Source: a virus
Taxonomy: Duplodnaviria > Caudoviricetes
Reading direction: 5' to 3' (one strand)
Length of the DNA stretch: 64,000 nucleotides
Virus record (IMG/VR): IMGVR_UViG_3300012344_000013
Span: 1 to 64,000 of that record
In this document: in pieces, positions 58,533 through 64,000 of the stretch
How positions within the stretch are numbered: the stretch's first letter is position 1
How the letters are laid out: each line of letters starts with the position of its first letter
Position numbers and translations under genes: made by a program
Notes under the pieces: model-generated
What the model was told of the DNA's origin: nothing
Database searches by the model: none
What the model saw: only the letters and a program-made list of their open reading frames with translations

Positions 58533-59829
58533 TGGTATTTATGCAGCTATGATTGAGTTGCAATTTATAAATTATATATTTAAGGTAAATTCAATACAAA
58601 TAGTTGTACTAAATAATATAACTGAAGATTACTTTACTACTTATAAAGAACACTTTAAGTTTATAGTGGACTATTTTGATAAATATAATCAAATTCCGTC
58701 CAAAGAAACGTTTCAAGGTAAATTTAGTGATAATTTTGAATGGATAGTTGTATCTGACCCTGAAAGTTATTTAATAGATAAACTTAAAGAAGCTAAGTTA
58801 TATAGAGATGTTATAAAAGATTATAAAGATATAGGTAATTTAATTAAAGCAGAACAAACTGATAAAGCTATAGAAAAGATGGCAGGTTTGTCTCAAAATT
58901 ATCTAAAGAATAATCAAAGTAAGTGTGTTGATTTAATTGATGATGTTAATTTACGTTACGATAGCTATTTAGAGAGGCTTAATAATCCTGATAAATCTTT
59001 TGTAACAACAGGTCTTAAAGAATTAGATAGCATTTTAGGTGGCTGGGATTTATTGAATGAATCAGCAGTTATTTGCGCTAGAACAGGATTTGGTAAATCA
59101 TGGTGGCTAATCTATTTTGCAATGCATGCAGCTAAAGCAGGCTTACGGGTGGGTTTCTATTCGGGTGAAATGGAAATAGATTTAGTTGGTTATAGATTTG
59201 ATACTTTTTTAGGTAATATCGCTAATGGTTCTCTCACACATGGTAATGATAATGTAAAAGATTCTTATAAAACTTATACTGAATCTTTGAATAAGGTGAT
59301 AAAAGGACACATTTATTGTATTACTCCCGATATGTTCGATGGCTCTGTTACTGTAAGCAAGCTTAGAGCATTTATAGAAAAGTATGATTTACAAATGTTG
59401 TGTATTGACCAATTTAGTTTGTTAGATGACCAGAAAGGTGCGAGAAATCCACGAGAACAAGCTGTTAATATTTCTAAAGATTTAAGAGCTTTACAGAGAC
59501 TTAAGAAGATACCTATACTTACGGCTGTACAGTTTAATAGAGAAGATACTGAGGAGAATGGCCCATCGACTAAAAATATTGCTGAATCTGATAGAATAGG
59601 TCAAGATAGCACAACAGTACTTGCAATAGAGCGTAAAGGAGATAACGCTGTTCTTAGTATAATAAAAGCGAGGAATGCACGAACGGGCGATAAGTTAACA
59701 TATAATTGGAATATAAATATGGGAATTTTGAATTATATACCTTCTGAAAAAGATGCATTAAATGGTGAAGAAGCATATGAAATGCTTAATAGCTATACTG
59801 ACACTGAAAAATCTAATTCGGTATTTTAG
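58525..59829 (+). CDS. dnaB: DnaB-like replicative helicase
   Basis: 'TGLKELD..LGG', 'ARTGFGKS', 'SGEM', 'IDQFSL', 'QFNR', 'ESDRIGQD', 'KARN'. Confidence 0.9.
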   Translation: MGNGIYAAMIELQFINYIFKVNSIQIVVLNNITEDYFTTYKEHFKFIVDYFDKYNQIPSKETFQGKFSDNFEWIVVSDPESYLIDKLKEAKLYRDVIKDYKDIGNLIKAEQTDKAIEKMAGLSQNYLKNNQSKCVDLIDDVNLRYDSYLERLNNPDKSFVTTGLKELDSILGGWDLLNESAVICARTGFGKSWWLIYFAMHAAKAGLRVGFYSGEMEIDLVGYRFDTFLGNIANGSLTHGNDNVKDSYKTYTESLNKVIKGHIYCITPDMFDGSVTVSKLRAFIEKYDLQMLCIDQFSLLDDQKGARNPREQAVNISKDLRALQRLKKIPILTAVQFNREDTEENGPSTKNIAESDRIGQDSTTVLAIERKGDNAVLSIIKARNARTGDKLTYNWNINMGILNYIPSEKDALNGEEAYEMLNSYTDTEKSNSVF

Positions 59830-59840
59830 GAGATTTATTT

Positions 59841-60821
59841 ATGCCATGCGTTATAGATAATAAAATTATAGAAACTCCAATTAAAAATATACTTGAATTT
59901 TTACAACAACAGTTATATATAAGCCATATTGATAAATTAAGCAGAATAGATTATAAGCAGATGAATGCTAGAATAACGTGTCCTATTCACAAAGGAGGTC
60001 ATGAGACTACACCATCTTGCGATATACTATTAGTAGATAAAGAAACTACAGATAGTAGAGGAAATAAAATAATTATTCCAGCTGGAACTGTTAATTGTTT
60101 TGCATGTGGATATAAAGCAAATATAGTTAAACTTATAGCAGATTGTTTAGATATTTCATATAATAGCGCTACTAAATGGCTACTTAGTTTTGCAAATTAT
60201 AGTATACAGGAAAATGTAAGAGATGTAGATTTTAATTTTGATACTGTAGCAGAAGAAAAAATTTGGTCCGATATAAAAATAATAACTACAGAAGAACTTA
60301 ATAAATATGAGTATACACATCCTTATATGTATAAAAGAGGGTTGAATGATTTTGTAATAAATAAGTTTGATATAGGATATGATATTGAAAATAAAGCTAT
60401 TACATTTCCAGTTTATGTAGGCGGTCAATGTTTATTTGTAGCACGTAGAAAAGTAGATTATAAAAGATTTGATATGCCAGTTATAAATCCAAAGCCAATA
60501 TATTTAATGGATTATATAACAGAAGATGAGGTATATATTTGTGAATCTGCTATAGATGCTTTACTAATATGGAGTTGGGGAAAACAAGCTATCTGTTTAT
60601 TTGGAACTGGTTCTGCGTGGCAATTAGAGCAATTAAAGCAGTCTAATATACGTAAATTTATAATTGCTTTAGATAATGATGAAGGCGGCAATAAAGGTAC
60701 TGAACGAGTAATAAAGGCACTGGACAATAAAATATTAACTAGATTAAATATACCTAAAGGAAAAGATATAGGAGATTTAACTAAAGAAGAATTTTTGTCA
60801 TTAGATGATAGTATTTGTTGA
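59841..60821 (+). CDS. dnaG: DNA primase (CHC2 zinc finger + Toprim)
   Basis: CPIH...CFAC; 'ICESAIDAL', 'ALDND..G', 'KDIGD'. Confidence 0.85.
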   Translation: MPCVIDNKIIETPIKNILEFLQQQLYISHIDKLSRIDYKQMNARITCPIHKGGHETTPSCDILLVDKETTDSRGNKIIIPAGTVNCFACGYKANIVKLIADCLDISYNSATKWLLSFANYSIQENVRDVDFNFDTVAEEKIWSDIKIITTEELNKYEYTHPYMYKRGLNDFVINKFDIGYDIENKAITFPVYVGGQCLFVARRKVDYKRFDMPVINPKPIYLMDYITEDEVYICESAIDALLIWSWGKQAICLFGTGSAWQLEQLKQSNIRKFIIALDNDEGGNKGTERVIKALDNKILTRLNIPKGKDIGDLTKEEFLSLDDSIC

Positions 60822-60846
60822 AATTACACCTAAAAGGTGATATTAT
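60818..60846 (+). promoter_or_regulatory. sigmaA-type promoter with extended -10 (TTGAAA-N17-TATTAT, TG at 60838-60839)
   Basis: Read directly, upstream of the SSB gene. Confidence 0.65.
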
Positions 60847-60875
60847 ATATTTATAAAATTATAAAGGAGTAAGAT

Positions 60876-61715
60876 ATGGAAAATAATCAATTTGTTCCAG
60901 ATAATTTGGGATTCTTTAATTTGTTTGCAGATGGTGATACTGCAACTATTAGACTTTTGCATAGGTCCGTAAGTACAATTGAGCATTCTATGGTGCATAA
61001 TGTGCGGGTAAATGGTAAGAAAAACGTAGTTAAATGTATAGGTGATAGCTGTCCTATATGTGCTATTAATCAGCCTTTTGAAAGAGTTTATATTAAGCTA
61101 TTTGATTACGCTGATAATAAAATAAAGGTATGGGTAAGAACTGATAGAATATTATCTCAATTTCAAGAAATTGAAAATAATTGGGGAGATTTATCTCAGC
61201 AGGTATTAAAAATTACTAGAATAGGTAATGACTTCCCTAAATATGATGTACAGATGCTTAATCCTGCTAATTTTGCAAATCCAAATCTTGAAGTTGATAA
61301 ATCTGTTGCATATAGATTTTATAAAATACGCAGTGCTGAAGAATTGAATGAGTTTTTGAGAACAGGAATTATGCCAGCACATAAGAAGCAGGAAGCCCAG
61401 AGTACACAGGCACCTACTCCTAAAGTTTCAAATAATTTTGCTAACCCTGTTCAGACTAATAGTTTTGCACAAAATTCTAATACTCAAGCATTTCAATTCA
61501 GTCAGCCTATAAATAATACACAGCAGTCACAAGAAGTGCCCTGGGCTCAGAGTTTTGCACAAGCAAGCACACCTACTCAACAACAAAGTGTCCCGCAGTT
61601 TAATAGTGTATTTGGGAATTCAGCAAATACGGTACAACCCACAAATAATACACAAGATGTTTTTCAGCAAGCACAGAATCGATTTTTTCCATTTGACCAA
61701 ATAAGAAAGGTATAA
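60876..61715 (+). CDS. ssb: gp32-like single-stranded DNA-binding protein with a Q/N-rich tail
   Basis: 'FFNL..DGD.A.IR.L', H...C....CPIC zinc site, 'KITR.G....KY'. Confidence 0.7.
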   Translation: MENNQFVPDNLGFFNLFADGDTATIRLLHRSVSTIEHSMVHNVRVNGKKNVVKCIGDSCPICAINQPFERVYIKLFDYADNKIKVWVRTDRILSQFQEIENNWGDLSQQVLKITRIGNDFPKYDVQMLNPANFANPNLEVDKSVAYRFYKIRSAEELNEFLRTGIMPAHKKQEAQSTQAPTPKVSNNFANPVQTNSFAQNSNTQAFQFSQPINNTQQSQEVPWAQSFAQASTPTQQQSVPQFNSVFGNSANTVQPTNNTQDVFQQAQNRFFPFDQIRKV

Positions 61716-61718
61716 TAG

Positions 61719-63263
61719 ATGAATTCCTATAAGAAAGCTTCTTTTTTAGACGATTTTGAATTGCCAGAGATAACACATGATACTATAAAAAGTGAGCTAG
61801 TAAAGTTAGGAAGAGTACATTCAGTTCAGAAAAGGAAGACAATAGAAGGTCTTCCTTTAACTGAACGTCTTGAATATATTTCTAATGAAGTATATAAAGT
61901 TTTAGGTAGATATAAAAATTTCGTTAAGATAATTGATAATTATGCAGATTTAGATAAATATATTGATTTAGCAATTGATAAGGTTTATTTAGCATTTGAT
62001 ACAGAAACTAATAATAGTCTTGACCCTTTAACATGTAAATTGATGGGTCTATGCTTATATATTCCAAATACTAAACCTGTATATGTTCCAATAAATCATT
62101 GTAAACCAGGTACTGATGAATTATTAAGTAATCAAGTGTCTATGGAAGAAGTTACTAAAATATTCAAAAAATTAAAGAATAGTAATGTTAAAATGGTATA
62201 CCATAATGGTAAGTTTGACATTAGGGTTTGCTATAATACAACTGGTGTGTATTTACCTATATATTGGGACACTATGATAGCTGCTCAGTTATTAAACGAG
62301 AATGAATTAGCTAGACTTAAATATCAATATAAAACTCATGTAAATCCAACATTAAATCAATATAACATAGAAAAATTATTTACAGGTTTGCCTTATGCTT
62401 GGATTCCAGTAGATATATTTGCATTATATGCGGCAATAGATGCTTTTGATACTTATAATCTTATGTTAGAGCAGAAGAATGCTTTTGAAAAAGAAGAATT
62501 AGATAAACTTTATAATGTATTCATGAATATTGAGATGCCTATAGTAAGTATAACTGCAAAGATGGAAGATACAGGGGTATGTATTGATTTAGATTATCTT
62601 AATAGATTATCTAATAAGTATACTGTAGGATTAGAAAATGCTACTAAGCAATTAAACGAAATATTAGAACCGTATTCAAAACAGATATCTTATTATCAAA
62701 GTTTGGGTAAATTAGATAAACCAGTTAATTTTGAATCATCACAACAATTACAGATATTGATGTATGATATATTAAAATTAGAGCCCATAGAAGATAAAGG
62801 CCGTTCTACAGCAAAAGCAGAATTGAAAGCTTTTGATATACCATTTACAAATGCCCTATTAGATTATAGACATTGTAGTGTACTTATGAAAACATTTATA
62901 AAACCAACTCCCGAGCGAATTAGTACTAGAGATGGTAAATTACATACTAACTTTAATCAGATGGGTGCAGAAGAAAATAATGTCCGTTCTGGTAGATTTT
63001 CAAGCACTAATCCAAATTTACAGAATATTCCAAGTAAATCTCAAGAAGTACGTCTGATGTTTGAAGCTAGCGAGGAAATAGTTGATTGTAGTTTCAATAA
63101 TAATTGTATAGAATTAAGTACATTTGACGATGTTGAGACTGATATGGGTTGGAAAAACATAAAAGAATTGAATATAGGAGATATTATATTAAGTAACAAT
63201 TGTCAACTAGTTATAGAAAATATAAGTATAGTTGATAATATAGCTAAGATATTTGTAAAATAA
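61719..63263 (+). CDS. polA: Family-A DNA polymerase, N-terminal part (3'-5' exonuclease + thumb) with a Hint/intein-N-like C-terminal segment
   Basis: Exo motifs 'FDTET', 'HNGKFD', 'DTMIAA', 'YAAID'; 'SGRFSSTNPNLQNIP'. Confidence 0.9.
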   Translation: MNSYKKASFLDDFELPEITHDTIKSELVKLGRVHSVQKRKTIEGLPLTERLEYISNEVYKVLGRYKNFVKIIDNYADLDKYIDLAIDKVYLAFDTETNNSLDPLTCKLMGLCLYIPNTKPVYVPINHCKPGTDELLSNQVSMEEVTKIFKKLKNSNVKMVYHNGKFDIRVCYNTTGVYLPIYWDTMIAAQLLNENELARLKYQYKTHVNPTLNQYNIEKLFTGLPYAWIPVDIFALYAAIDAFDTYNLMLEQKNAFEKEELDKLYNVFMNIEMPIVSITAKMEDTGVCIDLDYLNRLSNKYTVGLENATKQLNEILEPYSKQISYYQSLGKLDKPVNFESSQQLQILMYDILKLEPIEDKGRSTAKAELKAFDIPFTNALLDYRHCSVLMKTFIKPTPERISTRDGKLHTNFNQMGAEENNVRSGRFSSTNPNLQNIPSKSQEVRLMFEASEEIVDCSFNNNCIELSTFDDVETDMGWKNIKELNIGDIILSNNCQLVIENISIVDNIAKIFVK

Positions 63264-63282
63264 TTATAGGTGGTGGGTATTA

Positions 63283-64000
63283 TTGAAATCGATAAAAGTA
63301 AAAAAGCATTATATTATAGTTGGTGGAGATTTTAGTGCTCAAGAGCCTAGAATTTTAACAAGTATAACTAATGACCCTACATTTCTTGAGGTATTTAGAA
63401 CCGGTAAAGACCCTTATGCTACTATTAGTTCTCTTGTATTTAAGAAATCGTATTGGGAATGTATGGAACATCATGAAGACGGTACTCCTAATCCTGATGG
63501 AGCATTATTACGGAAAAGGGCAAAAACTATTCTACTTGGAATTACCTATGGAATGGGACCAAAACTTATGGCTAGTAATTTACATGTAGATATAGATGAA
63601 TGCGTTGAAATATTAAATGAGTTTTTTAAGACTTTTCCAAATATAAAATCATTCACGGAATATAATATAAATTCTGCTAAAGAATTAGGTTATGTAGAAG
63701 ATTACATGGGGCGGCGGCGTCATTTACCTGATGCTCAATTAGATGAGATTAAAGTACAAGCTAATAAGGAAATTTATACTGATTGTGATTTATTTTTAGA
63801 TTGTACTACTTCTGATTGTAAGATAAATATAAAAGATAGTGAAGCTACTAATAAATGGACAAATATTTATTTAGAGCAATATGCTCATAAGGGTTTCAAA
63901 GCTAAGACACAATTCAAAGAATTAGCTAAAAAAAATGATATAGTAGTTAGAGATAACGGCGCATTTATATCAAAAACTATGACACAATGTACTAACGCAC
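63283..64000 (+). CDS. polA: Family-A DNA polymerase, C-terminal part (palm/fingers), 3'-truncated; missing from the ORF track
   Basis: TTG at 63283 after AGGTGG; (M)KSIKVKKHYIIVGGDFSAQEPR (motif A), RKRAKTILLGITYG (motif B), GYVEDYMGRRRHLP; open to the window end. Confidence 0.9.
   Translation, partial: MKSIKVKKHYIIVGGDFSAQEPRILTSITNDPTFLEVFRTGKDPYATISSLVFKKSYWECMEHHEDGTPNPDGALLRKRAKTILLGITYGMGPKLMASNLHVDIDECVEILNEFFKTFPNIKSFTEYNINSAKELGYVEDYMGRRRHLPDAQLDEIKVQANKEIYTDCDLFLDCTTSDCKINIKDSEATNKWTNIYLEQYAHKGFKAKTQFKELAKKNDIVVRDNGAFISKTMTQCTNA

Noticed and set aside
74-60727. All minus-strand ORFs in the track (e.g. 74..451, 32199..32690, 40160..40498, 42481..42918)
   Set aside because: They overlap long + strand genes, have Ser/Leu/Phe-rich antisense-shadow composition and no SD sites.
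63072-63310. Functional canonical split intein or group I intron in polA
   Set aside because: No His-Asn/Cys-Ser-Thr C-terminal junction and no TxxH block; the interruption (~230 nt, mostly coding) shows no recognisable group I core or homing endonuclease.
13101-63589. Short out-of-frame + strand ORFs (13101, 14648, 15362, 16283, 29477, 29771, 34919, 63371)
   Set aside because: Leu-rich alternative-frame shadows of codon-biased genes; 63371..63589 lies inside the real PolA C-terminal frame.

Overview
The window is 64 kb of a low-GC, large contractile-tailed (myovirus-type) bacteriophage with a T4-like head/neck/baseplate gene set. It most likely infects a Firmicute (Clostridia), judging by CHAP lysins, a type-I-like dockerin, sigmaA-type promoters and strong SD sites. 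Essentially all genuine genes are on the + strand. Order: acidic head-type protein (5' truncated); a ~20 kb accessory fibre/adhesin and lysin region (1.2-21.3 kb); a broken ParB-like gene; terminase, portal, an AT-rich palindromic intergenic region, holin, prohead protease/scaffold, major capsid, neck, sheath, tube, an NTase-SWIM fusion, frameshifting tail chaperone, tape measure and baseplate (22-54 kb); then a replication module (SNF2 helicase, sigma-like factor, initiator, DnaC, DnaB, primase, SSB, split family-A DNA polymerase running off the end). Most notable: (1) PolA is split into two genes just before motif A, the first ending in an intein-N/Hint-like segment with no splicing-competent partner; (2) a dockerin domain sits inside a fibre-module adaptor; (3) several proteins look like cassettes separated by prohead-protease-type sites, one carrying a nucleotidyltransferase; (4) a near-consensus antisense sigmaA promoter; (5) a recurring peptide 'plug/socket' pattern linking fibre genes. 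All product calls come from motif recognition and gene order only; no database searches were run.
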